Shown: positions 17,049-26,282, counted from the stretch's first letter. The stretch: DNA of 64,000 nucleotides from Bacteroidales bacterium (GCA_016939365.1 JAFGHD010000002.1:72787-136786), one strand, 5' to 3'. Translations and numbers: made by a program. Notes: generated by a model not told the origin, from the sequence alone.

Positions 17049-19499
17049 TTACCGGATGATTACCTTTCTGATTGCACGGGTTTGCTCTGTCAGTATCACC
17101 AGCAAGTATACTCCGGGATTATATGATTGCAGGAACAGGGTGACGGATTTGGCTCCCCGCCCTTCGTATTCCCCGGCAATACGGCCGTCCGGGAATAACA
17201 GACTCATCTTACCGATGGCCTCATGGGATGTTATGTGGATGTATTCATCTCCCGGTACAGGGAACACCCGCAAACTCTCCGCATTGTTGCCCTGAACTCC
17301 CGTGGGCGGATTATCGATGGCAACTATATTGGACGGCTCCGATTCTCCGGCATCATAAACGGCGGTCACATAGAACCGATGCATTCCGGGGCATGTCATC
17401 GGACATATCAGGCACAGGGACTCCGTGGAGTCGCAAAGGGAAAAATACCCTGCGGCAGGATCACAATACATCCTGTAATATTTGAATGCCTTTCCTTCAG
17501 TGACACCTTCTGATCTGAAAGAAGGTTCACTGCCTGAAATGAGCGGCCTCGTTCCGGAGTATATCTCTGTTTCCGAGGAATAATCGCTTACGAATCCCAT
17601 GAGTGCCCAGTTAAAGTCATAACCGTGTTGCTGAAACATGGAATACCAGGAACCCCATGGCATTTTGATCAGGTCGCCCTTTCCCGGAACAGCGGGACCG
17701 AGGTCCGTACCTGCCGGTGTGGAGCCGATCTGATGCAGCAGGGTATATCCGAACCAAAGGGTCATCCCTTCTGTGATCGGAACAGGATTGGACAATGCCA
17801 CTTCATTCCAGTCATTCATAATGCCATTGATCACCGGCTGGCTGGAGATCATGTTGGTGCCGTCCGGCCCATCCCATACCGCAACAACGAAGTCGCTGGA
17901 GGGGGCTGATCCGTACCAGAAGAATCTCACATGGGTAAGGTACATTCCGGTATATGGCGCCAATTCTGACGGTTCCCATTTCGAAGCTGCCGAAAATCCG
18001 CCGCCTCCCTGCATACCGATACCGTTGCCCCCGGCCGTGGCGGTGTCACACCAGGTGAGCCAATGATCTCCGGCCTGTGGTGCATCCCAGCAGAGTTCCA
18101 CACTGTCCGGCCATACAGTATTAGCAACCAGGTTTTCAGGAGGGTAGCAATCCTCTGTGATCGCATCCGCGCACACAGGATCCGATTCACATTCCGTGTA
18201 AACGGCAGTGACGCAGAAATGATACAGGCCCGGAGGAAAAGGTTCTGAAAAGGTATATGTGTTTCCTGTCACCTGAGCCACCAGGTTTCCGTTACAGTAA
18301 ATGTTGTAGCCCTCCAGAACAAAGCCGGACTGCTCACTAAACTCCGGTTCATTTCCCAATACCGGGGGTTCAATATAAATGGAAATATACTCGCAGTCAT
18401 TGACAACCACTTCAATTCCAGCAGGAGGCGTTGCCATCTGAAGCAGGATTTCCAGGAAAGTCTGGCCGGTAGTGGTCATCAGGAAGGGGCAATACCCCCC
18501 CGCATTGATGGTGAGTGTGTACAGTGGTGCATATGGCACTGTGACGGAAAAGCTGCCGTCAGCCGCTGTCATAACGCTGCAGGTTCCGGGTTCGATATGG
18601 ATGGTCAACCCCCCGATCCCCAAACCAGTCGATGCATCCCTGACCTCACCGGAAAGGGTCACCTCTGTCGGGAGCAACACAAAGTCACATAGTGTCATCT
18701 GACCGGAATCTACCTGTATGGCATTGATGCTGTCGGAAAAGTAATGCAAAGCAGAGGCCTTTCCGGAATATTGTCCGCTGTCCAGGGTGATCTGATAACC
18801 TCCATCGGGACCGGTGATCACCGTCTCTTCACCCGGATCAAAAACCACAACGGCATAGGGTACCCCGTTTCCCGAGAAGCTGTCGGCTACAGTACCCGAT
18901 ACCACTCCCACATCGGTGAAACAGAAATAGAGCAGATGGTTGTCATAATGGCTGTTCATGCTGTAGGCACCGGCGGTATGCCAGCCGCCGTTCATCAACT
19001 GGATACCGCAATCGGAAGGTACGAATTCAATGCCCGAACATTGCGCCATATCCCCGATCGCGATCCGGAACCGCATGAACCCTTTGAATGCAGTATCCAC
19101 TTCGTTATAAAAAACCGGTGACGGCGGTGCCTGGAAATAGGCCTCGGTCATCATGAAATACCGGTATGGCTGGTTGTCGGCAGTGGCCATGATCCCGTAC
19201 TTGGGGTATCCGTATACATTACCCTGCAGGAGCTCCAACATTTCATAGGTGATCCTGCCGTTGGTGTTGATGTTCTGTCCAAAGGCATCCGTATTGTAAT
19301 CGAAGTATATCCATAAAGTATGATGGTAGGTGCCGGTCTGGTTGCATTTCAATTCCACATCGAAGACAAGGGAGTCACCGGAAGTAAGCTGGGGATTGGC
19401 TAAACGCCAGGTAAGCTCCGGCTCCTGGCCTTTCACCATCATGCCCTGGAGGATGATCCAGGATACAATGCATAAAACTTTCGCCACATTCTTTTTCAT
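17049..19499 (-). CDS. T9SS-sorted surface protein: unassigned N-terminal module, two CarboxypepD_reg-like repeats, FN3-like domains, a shared W-rich beta-sandwich-like domain and a T9SS CTD
   Basis: The start MKKNVAKVLCIVSWIILQGMMVKGQ (ATG at 19499) is a signal peptide. The module begins LTWRLANPQLTSGDSLVFDVELKCNQTGTYHHTLWIYFDYNTDAFG... The C-terminal third is paralogous to the giant neighbour (HWLTWCDTATAGGNGIGMQGGGGFSAASKW...). The CTD reads LRVFPVPGDEYIHITS...GVYLLVILTEQTRAIRKVIIR. Confidence 0.75.
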   Translation of the reverse strand: MKKNVAKVLCIVSWIILQGMMVKGQEPELTWRLANPQLTSGDSLVFDVELKCNQTGTYHHTLWIYFDYNTDAFGQNINTNGRITYEMLELLQGNVYGYPKYGIMATADNQPYRYFMMTEAYFQAPPSPVFYNEVDTAFKGFMRFRIAIGDMAQCSGIEFVPSDCGIQLMNGGWHTAGAYSMNSHYDNHLLYFCFTDVGVVSGTVADSFSGNGVPYAVVVFDPGEETVITGPDGGYQITLDSGQYSGKASALHYFSDSINAIQVDSGQMTLCDFVLLPTEVTLSGEVRDASTGLGIGGLTIHIEPGTCSVMTAADGSFSVTVPYAPLYTLTINAGGYCPFLMTTTGQTFLEILLQMATPPAGIEVVVNDCEYISIYIEPPVLGNEPEFSEQSGFVLEGYNIYCNGNLVAQVTGNTYTFSEPFPPGLYHFCVTAVYTECESDPVCADAITEDCYPPENLVANTVWPDSVELCWDAPQAGDHWLTWCDTATAGGNGIGMQGGGGFSAASKWEPSELAPYTGMYLTHVRFFWYGSAPSSDFVVAVWDGPDGTNMISSQPVINGIMNDWNEVALSNPVPITEGMTLWFGYTLLHQIGSTPAGTDLGPAVPGKGDLIKMPWGSWYSMFQQHGYDFNWALMGFVSDYSSETEIYSGTRPLISGSEPSFRSEGVTEGKAFKYYRMYCDPAAGYFSLCDSTESLCLICPMTCPGMHRFYVTAVYDAGESEPSNIVAIDNPPTGVQGNNAESLRVFPVPGDEYIHITSHEAIGKMSLLFPDGRIAGEYEGRGAKSVTLFLQSYNPGVYLLVILTEQTRAIRKVIIR
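18930..19427 (-). repeat. Protein-level repeat: module copy in the protein encoded at 17049-19499
   Basis: EPELTWRLANPQLTSGDSLVFDVELKCNQTGTYHHTLWIYFDYNTDAFG...KGFMRFRIAIGDMAQCSGIEFVPSDCGIQLMNGGW. Confidence 0.6.
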
Positions 19500-19719
19500 A
19501 GGGTGATGGATGATGTATTCTGAATAATAAAATATAAAGATAAACAATATCTGGAATAAAATCAACCTTCCGGTCTGTTTTTTACCAAATGCCCGGAAGC
19601 AGAATGACCGGCGTCCTGGGGTCATTATCCCGCTTGGCTCGGCCGGGTGAACCTTTCCGGCACTCGCGGAGGGTTGTCCTGCATTACGGACACAAATTAC
19701 AGATCAAAGAACATTGTGC

Positions 19720-20370
19720 TTATTTTTTTACTAACAGTGCAATTCTATAAAATGCATGTTCTGATTCGTCTTTAATTTGTGCATTTGTGGCATTTTTAGT
19801 GCCTTCATCCTTAAGTCCTTTCACAAAATGCGATCCCCATCCGCCCGGCATTAAGTTGATACCATTTACCGAAGGAGAGAACTCAATACCTGCACATTCC
19901 GTCATGTCTGCGATGGCGATCCTGAACTGCATGAATCCCCTGAATACTGTGTCGACTTCATTATGGCACTCAGGTAAAGCATTGATAAAGAAAGACTCTG
20001 TGATCATCCCCAGCCGGAAAGGCTGATTGTCTGCGACAGCAACGATATTATACTTCGGCAAGCCGTTAACAGAGCCATCCATCAGCTCCAGATTGCTCCA
20101 GGACACCTTTCCGTTTGCCTTGATGTTCTCGCCGAATGCCTCCGGTCTGTAATTGAAACAGACCCATAAACTGGTGTGGTAAGTTCCTGCCTGACTGCAT
20201 TTCAATTCTATATCAAAGGCCATCGAATCACCCGGGAGTATTTCCGGGTTGGCAAACCGCCAGGTCAGTAACGGGAGAATGGTATCTTGTGCACAGGCAG
20301 GTTTTCCCTGAAGAAAAGCAAAAATCAGGAAAAACAGCGCTCCTGAAATAATCTTACCTGTATTTTTCAT
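19720..20370 (-). CDS. Small secreted protein consisting only of a signal peptide plus the same unassigned module (either a stand-alone gene or a truncated paralog)
   Basis: MKNTGKIISGALFFLIFAFLQGKPACAQ followed by LLTWRFANPEILPGDSMAFDIELKCSQAGTYHTSLWVCFNYRPEAFG...GIEFSPSVNGINLMPGGW. It then ends in a 39-aa unrelated tail with no T9SS CTD. Confidence 0.55.
   Translation of the reverse strand: MKNTGKIISGALFFLIFAFLQGKPACAQDTILPLLTWRFANPEILPGDSMAFDIELKCSQAGTYHTSLWVCFNYRPEAFGENIKANGKVSWSNLELMDGSVNGLPKYNIVAVADNQPFRLGMITESFFINALPECHNEVDTVFRGFMQFRIAIADMTECAGIEFSPSVNGINLMPGGWGSHFVKGLKDEGTKNATNAQIKDESEHAFYRIALLVKK
19846..20286 (-). repeat. Protein-level repeat: module copy in the 216-aa protein
   Basis: It aligns by eye with the other three copies over ~150 aa, at roughly half identical positions. 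Confidence 0.55.
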
Positions 20371-20620
20371 GGAAGTTTATTTTTGTTTTTAACCTATAAA
20401 TATAAATACAATATATTATAAAGTCAATACTTAGTGGTGGTTTTTAATCAAGTGCTGTAATGAAAAGCAATGAATCCGGCGAGATCAACAGGGACTATCC
20501 AAATGAATCTCATGGACAATCCCCGGTAAAACAACCGGCTCACAAGTGATACCAGAAGTCCGATCATCCGGTGCTTTTGATTTACCCTATCATCTCCTGG
20601 ATTCAGTATATTGAATCCTG

Positions 20621-20655
20621 AAAAAAAAAGAGGCCGCCCTTATGAGGCAGCCTCT
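20621..20655 (-). terminator. Rho-independent terminator downstream of the giant surface-protein gene
   Basis: On the minus strand, a 10-bp GC-rich stem with one mismatch (plus-strand arms 20629-20638 and 20646-20655, 7-nt loop) is followed by a run of nine T (plus-strand A-run 20621-20629). It begins ~54 nt past the stop codon at 20709. Confidence 0.7.
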
Positions 20656-20708
20656 TTGGAATGAAAAGTCAATGGGTGACTTCAAGTCATCCTGTGAAAA
20701 AGGATTAA

Positions 20709-23700
20709 TTACTTGATCACCACCTTATAATCCATCCAGCCCTTCTCAGTCTCGATCTTGATGTAGTAGATGCCGGCCGGGAACCTGTCGGTCTCGATCC
20801 GGAGGAAGTTGTTGTCTACTTCGTCCTTGTCGAATACCAGGTGTCCCTGGCCGTCCACCATCATGATGCGCGACATGGTCAGGTCGGACTTGATGTTGAG
20901 CAGATCGGTCGCCGGATTCGGGTAGATCTGGGTCATAAAGGCATCCACCTCATTTATTCCGATAATCACATTCACTGTAATGGTATTTGAAGGTTGTGAT
21001 TCACCGGAGGTATACACCGCTGTTACATAATACTGATAGGCACCAATACTTGGAACATTGTCGGTGTATTCCGTCTGTGTGGTAGTGCCGACCACGTTGA
21101 ACTGGGATCCTCCCGGGTTCTTCCGCCAGACATTGTAACCCTCGAGTGCCTTGCCGGCATCCGGAGCCTTCGGGACGAAGTTCGGATCGGTGGCCAGGGA
21201 GAGCGGTACCCAGTTGTAGGACGGGGTTTCCTCCACCACGATGGGTTGCAGGTTGCCGCCTTCGGCCATGGTCACGAATCCCTGGATGCCCCAGTTGTAG
21301 TCGAATCCGGCAAGCTGGAACAGTGACTGCCATGTCGATCCTGTCGAGATCATATCGCCATATCCGACGATTGCGGGACCGGCATCACCTGCAGCAGGAT
21401 GTGTTCCGGCATTATGGGTGACAGAATATCCGATCCACAGGGTCATTCCCGAAGTGATCGCAACGGGATCGCTCAGGGTAACCTCCGTCCAGTCATCAAG
21501 CACTGCATTGGAGACTGCCTGGCTGGTCATCAGGGTTGTTCCCGTAGTACCTGACCACACCTTGACTTCGAATGTCGCTTCCGGGGCATCGTTGAACCAG
21601 TAGAACTTGATCTTGGTCACAGATTGTCCCACATAGTTCGTCAGGTCATCCGGATCGTACTTGTGTGCGCAGGAGAATGTCCCGCCGTTCTGCAGGCCGA
21701 TGCCGTTGGAGCCCACGTCGGCTATATTGCACCACGTTATCCATTCGCCGGGAACGCTCGGCTCATCCCATTCCAGTGGTACGGACAATCCGCTGCCCGG
21801 ATAGGTAGTGGTAAGATTCGACGGTGGCAGGCAGTTCTCGGTGGTGACCGGGTCGGCGCATTCCTGCGGTGATTCGCCTTCATCGTAGACGGCGCTCACG
21901 CAATAGGTATGGCTACCCGGAGCCACGTTCTCATCCGTGTAGGTGGTGGTGCTGCTGTTGGTATTGGCCAGGAAGGCACCGTCGCGGTAAACCTTGTATC
22001 CCGTAAGGGCATCGGATTCGGTCAGTATCTCCGTGAAATGGACATCGTCGAAGTAGTAAAGGCACGGTCCGTTTTCGCTCCATGCAAACATATTCATCCC
22101 GCCCAGTTGGTTCAGGGTGCCGGTTCCGAAGGTGCCCGTGCTCCATACCCAGCCGTGGATCAGGTTGCCGTCGATGTAGAACTCGGCCCAGTCGGAATCG
22201 AGGTCCACATCCACTTCCATCTGCATCCATGTGTTGTAGCTGTATGTGAAGGTGGCGGCCGCCTGTGCTCCGCCGTCAATGCTTCCCACGCCCCCGACAT
22301 CGAAGAACACCTGCATGCCCCATTGGCTGGTGGTGCCCGCGAAGTCCTGAAGCATGTTAAAGTAGGCATTATTGCCCTCGTTCACATACATCCAGAAACT
22401 CATGTGATAATGGCCAGAGGTATAATCAGGTATCTCGTAAACTGCATCGTTCGTTCCAGTAATGAGCACCGACTTCGTTGCGCTGTGAGACTGTGCATCG
22501 GAAATGACCGGATCCTCCGCTCCGCCGGGCTGGTTGCTCCATGTGGTCCATTCGGGTGACTGGAGTGCCAGGAAGCCGCCCACCGTGTAGGATTCGAAGT
22601 TATCCTGGTAAATGGTCGTGTAGCCTGCACCGGGCTCATCCCATGTGACGGTCACGTCGTTGCAGTTCTCCACCTCGGCCTGTACGTTCTGCGGCGGGGC
22701 CAGCGGATCCAGAGCCACATTCAGTGTGGTGGTCTGACCGGCAGACACCACCACACCGGTAATATTTGCCGTGGTAAAATTTGTCGCTACCACATTGACA
22801 TCGTATGTTCCGGGGGCGAGGTTGATGGTATAGGAGCCATTGGCGCCTGTGGTCACGGTATTGCCGCCTGGGGTGAAGGTCAGGGTGGCACCCTGGATAC
22901 CGGCACCGGTCGCTGAACTGGTAACCGTTCCGGCTACGGTACCCTGTGCAGGTGTCAGAGCGAAGTCTTGTGTCGTGGTCTGACCGCAGACAACCGTGAT
23001 GCCGGTGACATTCTGGGTGATATACCCTGTCGCGGCCGCACTGCCGTTATAGGTACCCTGAGCGATATCAATCGTGTAGGTTCCGTCAGCTCCTGTGGTA
23101 AACATTTCGGTTCCGATGGTCACCGTCGCACCCTGGATAGGGTTGCCCGTTGTGGCATCGGTGACCACGCCTGTGACCGTACCGATCGGGTTGGGTACCA
23201 GGTCAAAGTTCAGCAGTGTGGTGCCGCCGCTGGTGATCGTGGCCGGCAGGGTCAGGGGATTATAACAGGTGGCCGAAGCCGTGACATCCCATGTACCCAC
23301 AGGAAGTTCAAGTGTATAGGAGCCTCCGGTGGTCGTGGTTGTTGACCACTGTCCCTGAGGACCTGCTGTAACCGTGGCTCCCACAATGCCGAGACCGGTG
23401 TTGGAATCCTTGACAAAACCTGTCAGTGTGCCGGTTTCGGTCAGGAAATAGCTCATCAGGTCATTCAGGTAATTGCCTGCGTAATTGGGCGGTTCGCCAT
23501 ACAGCGTTTCAAACGGGTGGTTGGCGTCCACATAATACTGTCCGGCATCCATCAGCGGAACGGGGCCAGTCATGGCTACAAACTGGATTCCGGCCGTCGT
23601 ATAAGGGTTGTCGATCTTGATCTTGAACCTCATGAAGCCCTGGAACTGAGTGGTAACCTTGTTCATCCAGTCATCATTGGGGATCAGGAAGTTCGCTTCG

Positions 23701-25586
23701 AAGATGATGGCAAACCGGGAGGATGTATTATCGGCATAGTTGACTATTGTGTATTTATCAAGTCCACCCTGGGTGGTAAGCCCGGAAAGGAGCTCCAGCT
23801 TCTCAAAGGTGATCTTGTTGTTAAACTTGATGCACTGACCGAAGGCATCCGTGTTGTAATCAAAATAAATCTGCGTGCTGCTGTGGTATGTTCCTGAGAA
23901 CGAGCCCTTGAGTTCCACGTCGAACTGAAGGCTGTCGTTTACCAGCTGGATATTGGCAAACTGCCAGGAGAGCACCGGGTTCGGAGTCACCAGCGGATAG
24001 AGAACGAAATCCTGCATGGTGGTCTGGCCACACAAAATCACAACCCCTTCCACAGTAACACTGTGATAGTCGGGGTGCGATGCCATGACATCATAGGTGC
24101 CTGCAATGATATTGTCGATCATGTAGGAGCCGTCGGCTGCGGTGGTAGTGGTGTAGGTATCAAAGGAAACGGTGGCATTCTCGATGCCATTACCTGTCAC
24201 CTCGTCCAGCACATATCCAGTCAGGGTTCCTCCGTCCGGGTCGAGGGCGAAGTCAACGGTAACCGAGCCGCCTGCCGGAACAATGATGCCGGTCTGGGTC
24301 TGGGTGACATAGCAGGTGGCTGAAGCCGTCACATCATAGGTTCCTGCCGGGACCGTCATGCTGTAGGTTCCGTCGGCCGCCGTCACAGCACTGTAACCGC
24401 CGGCCGTAACCGTCGCATTCTGAATGGGATTCGCCGTCACGGCATCCGTCACCGTTCCGTCGATGGTGCCGGAAGATGCCGTCGGGCTCAGTGATGCATC
24501 CAGAATAGTGGTGCTGTTGCACTCCACCAGAATTCCCGGATAGGTTCCCGTGAAATAATCCGGATGTTCAAAAGTCACCGTGTATGTATCCGGATCCATG
24601 TCGATGATCGTGTAGGTACCGTCAGCGGCTGTGTTTGCGGAGAAAGTGCCTGCCGTAACCACGACATTTTCGATGGGAAGCATGGTGGTGGCATCTGTGA
24701 CGGTACCCTGAAGGACTCCATAGATGCTTCCGGTAAGGCTGAAGTCCACAGTGACGGTAGCCCCGGCTGCAACCACAATGCCGGACTGTGTCTGTGGATC
24801 AAAGCAGTTGGCGGTGGCGGTCACGTCATAGGTGCCTTCCGTCACCTGCATGGAATAGGTACCATCCGCAGCAGTTGTGGCGCTGAAAGATCCTGCGGTC
24901 ACCGTAGCTCCTGCAATGGGGCCAAATACAATGTTTGAAACCGTTCCGGTAATAGTGCCTGGCTGCATGAAAGCAAAGTTCAGCAGATCGTTGTCATAGA
25001 GGCACTTGTAATCAGGAGGTTCTCCATACTTGGTCTCAGAAGGATGGGTGGCATCCAGATAGTACTGCCCGCCATCCATGAGCTGTACACCATTGTCCTC
25101 ATCGACGAATTCGATGCCGGCCAGCTTGGACATGTCCTGAATCTTGATGGCGAACTGCATGAAGCCCTTGTAGTCCGTACCCACCGCATTCATGAACAAT
25201 GAACTGGGATTCTGGAAGTTGGATTCGAAGATGATCGCGTACCTGAAGGGCTTGTTGTTGGCATCATTGACGATGCTGTACTTGGGGAGCCCTGCCAGAT
25301 CCCCTTGCATGAGCTCCAGCTTCGTGTAGCGGATCTTCCTGTCCACACCGCCAATGCCGGCAATGTTGGTTCCAAAAGCCTCAGTGTTGTAATTGAAGTA
25401 GATCTGCGTGCTGCTGTGATATGTGTCCGCCAGACTGCACTTCAGCTCTACATCAAACTGAAGTGAGTCGCCCGGTATCACCTGGGCATTGGCAAACCGC
25501 CATGTCAGCACAGGATAAGGCTGCGCAGAGGTCACAACGGCAACCATTGCGAACAGCGCAAGAAACAGTAATCTTACATTCTTCAT
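20709..25586 (-). CDS. Giant (1625 aa) T9SS-sorted surface/adhesin-like protein: [unassigned module + 4 CarboxypepD_reg-like repeats] + [module + 3 repeats] + FN3-like domains + LamG/ConA-like domain + shared W-rich domain + T9SS CTD
   Basis: Signal peptide MKNVRLLFLALFAMVAVVTSAQ. Module copies lie at aa 23-206 and aa 535-716. There are seven ~80-aa repeats of the type GT(V/I)xGTVTDAxTxxPIxxATVTAG...TTAADGTYS...GTYDVTASATCY. The CTD reads QIYPNPATDLLNIKS...GIYYIKIETEKGWMDYKVVIK. Confidence 0.85.
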   Translation of the reverse strand: MKNVRLLFLALFAMVAVVTSAQPYPVLTWRFANAQVIPGDSLQFDVELKCSLADTYHSSTQIYFNYNTEAFGTNIAGIGGVDRKIRYTKLELMQGDLAGLPKYSIVNDANNKPFRYAIIFESNFQNPSSLFMNAVGTDYKGFMQFAIKIQDMSKLAGIEFVDEDNGVQLMDGGQYYLDATHPSETKYGEPPDYKCLYDNDLLNFAFMQPGTITGTVSNIVFGPIAGATVTAGSFSATTAADGTYSMQVTEGTYDVTATANCFDPQTQSGIVVAAGATVTVDFSLTGSIYGVLQGTVTDATTMLPIENVVVTAGTFSANTAADGTYTIIDMDPDTYTVTFEHPDYFTGTYPGILVECNSTTILDASLSPTASSGTIDGTVTDAVTANPIQNATVTAGGYSAVTAADGTYSMTVPAGTYDVTASATCYVTQTQTGIIVPAGGSVTVDFALDPDGGTLTGYVLDEVTGNGIENATVSFDTYTTTTAADGSYMIDNIIAGTYDVMASHPDYHSVTVEGVVILCGQTTMQDFVLYPLVTPNPVLSWQFANIQLVNDSLQFDVELKGSFSGTYHSSTQIYFDYNTDAFGQCIKFNNKITFEKLELLSGLTTQGGLDKYTIVNYADNTSSRFAIIFEANFLIPNDDWMNKVTTQFQGFMRFKIKIDNPYTTAGIQFVAMTGPVPLMDAGQYYVDANHPFETLYGEPPNYAGNYLNDLMSYFLTETGTLTGFVKDSNTGLGIVGATVTAGPQGQWSTTTTTGGSYTLELPVGTWDVTASATCYNPLTLPATITSGGTTLLNFDLVPNPIGTVTGVVTDATTGNPIQGATVTIGTEMFTTGADGTYTIDIAQGTYNGSAAATGYITQNVTGITVVCGQTTTQDFALTPAQGTVAGTVTSSATGAGIQGATLTFTPGGNTVTTGANGSYTINLAPGTYDVNVVATNFTTANITGVVVSAGQTTTLNVALDPLAPPQNVQAEVENCNDVTVTWDEPGAGYTTIYQDNFESYTVGGFLALQSPEWTTWSNQPGGAEDPVISDAQSHSATKSVLITGTNDAVYEIPDYTSGHYHMSFWMYVNEGNNAYFNMLQDFAGTTSQWGMQVFFDVGGVGSIDGGAQAAATFTYSYNTWMQMEVDVDLDSDWAEFYIDGNLIHGWVWSTGTFGTGTLNQLGGMNMFAWSENGPCLYYFDDVHFTEILTESDALTGYKVYRDGAFLANTNSSTTTYTDENVAPGSHTYCVSAVYDEGESPQECADPVTTENCLPPSNLTTTYPGSGLSVPLEWDEPSVPGEWITWCNIADVGSNGIGLQNGGTFSCAHKYDPDDLTNYVGQSVTKIKFYWFNDAPEATFEVKVWSGTTGTTLMTSQAVSNAVLDDWTEVTLSDPVAITSGMTLWIGYSVTHNAGTHPAAGDAGPAIVGYGDMISTGSTWQSLFQLAGFDYNWGIQGFVTMAEGGNLQPIVVEETPSYNWVPLSLATDPNFVPKAPDAGKALEGYNVWRKNPGGSQFNVVGTTTQTEYTDNVPSIGAYQYYVTAVYTSGESQPSNTITVNVIIGINEVDAFMTQIYPNPATDLLNIKSDLTMSRIMMVDGQGHLVFDKDEVDNNFLRIETDRFPAGIYYIKIETEKGWMDYKVVIK
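23439..23984 (-). repeat. Protein-level repeat: module copy A2 (aa 535-716 of the 1625-aa protein)
   Basis: NPVLSWQFANIQLVNDSLQFDVELKGSFSGTYHSSTQIYFDYNTDAFG...QGFMRFKIKIDNPYTTAGIQFVAMTGPVPLMDAGQYY...YLNDLMSYF. Confidence 0.6.
24969..25520 (-). repeat. Protein-level repeat: unassigned 'LTWRFAN' module, copy A1 (aa 23-206 of the 1625-aa protein)
   Basis: PYPVLTWRFANAQVIPGDSLQFDVELKCSLADTYHSSTQIYFNYNTEAFG...KGFMQFAIKIQDMSKLAGIEFVDEDNGVQLMDGGQYY...LYDNDLLNF. Confidence 0.6.
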
Positions 25587-25698
25587 AATCGCACTTGTTT
25601 GTTTGGTTATAATTTTCGGTTTTATTCTGTGGAGGTATTCGATTAGTAAAGATACATTAAATTACACACATCAAAACACCGCACCCTGAAATTTTTCT

Positions 25699-25706
25699 CA
25701 AAAATA
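25699..25706 (-). promoter_or_regulatory. Candidate Bacteroidetes -7 promoter motif (TATTTTTG on the minus strand) upstream of the giant gene
   Basis: The plus strand reads CAAAAATA, the reverse complement of TAnnTTTG. It lies 113 nt upstream of the ATG at 25586. Confidence 0.3.
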
Positions 25707-26282
25707 TTCAATAATTGTAAAATCAAAAAAAAAACTTAAGAAATTCATCATTGGCATAATGCACTGATCCATTTCGCCTTAACTTCGAATGTCAATAAAT
25801 ACCAATTACAATAGCGGTTTTTGAATCTTCTTCATTGCGCTGATAGTAAGACAATCCTATAATGTCCACGGTTGCTTCACCCCAAACTGAACCGAAAAAT
25901 GAAAGTCCAATTGACCGATTATAATATGATCAAAAAAATGATTAAAAACTAATCATTTGGAATAAAATTACAATGGTAATGTCTAATAAAATGATAATTA
26001 ATTGTATAAATAATTAAAGTTTACAATACGACCTTTTATTTACATTTGTATCTTTTATGCAATTTAATTTTCTTAACAATCTCATATTCAGAATTTAAAA
26101 ACGTATCACCTAATCTTTGTATTCAATTTAACATTCTAATATATTGTATAAGAATAAGTTATTATCCTTTTTTGAATAAACTAATATAACGCATAGGTGT
26201 TGTTTATCCGAAATTTCTGAATTTATGCCGATCTGCTTCCTTTGTATAATATATGCTAATCCGGATGTACAACCTTTTTTTT

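Noticed and set aside
20709-25586. Numerous 60-216 aa ORFs on both strands inside the giant surface-protein gene (for example 21909-22559 and 22968-23345).
   Set aside because: They are shadow ORFs of a T/G/A/V-rich repetitive gene. Their compositions are those of out-of-frame or antisense readings, and none has a start context or a domain signature.
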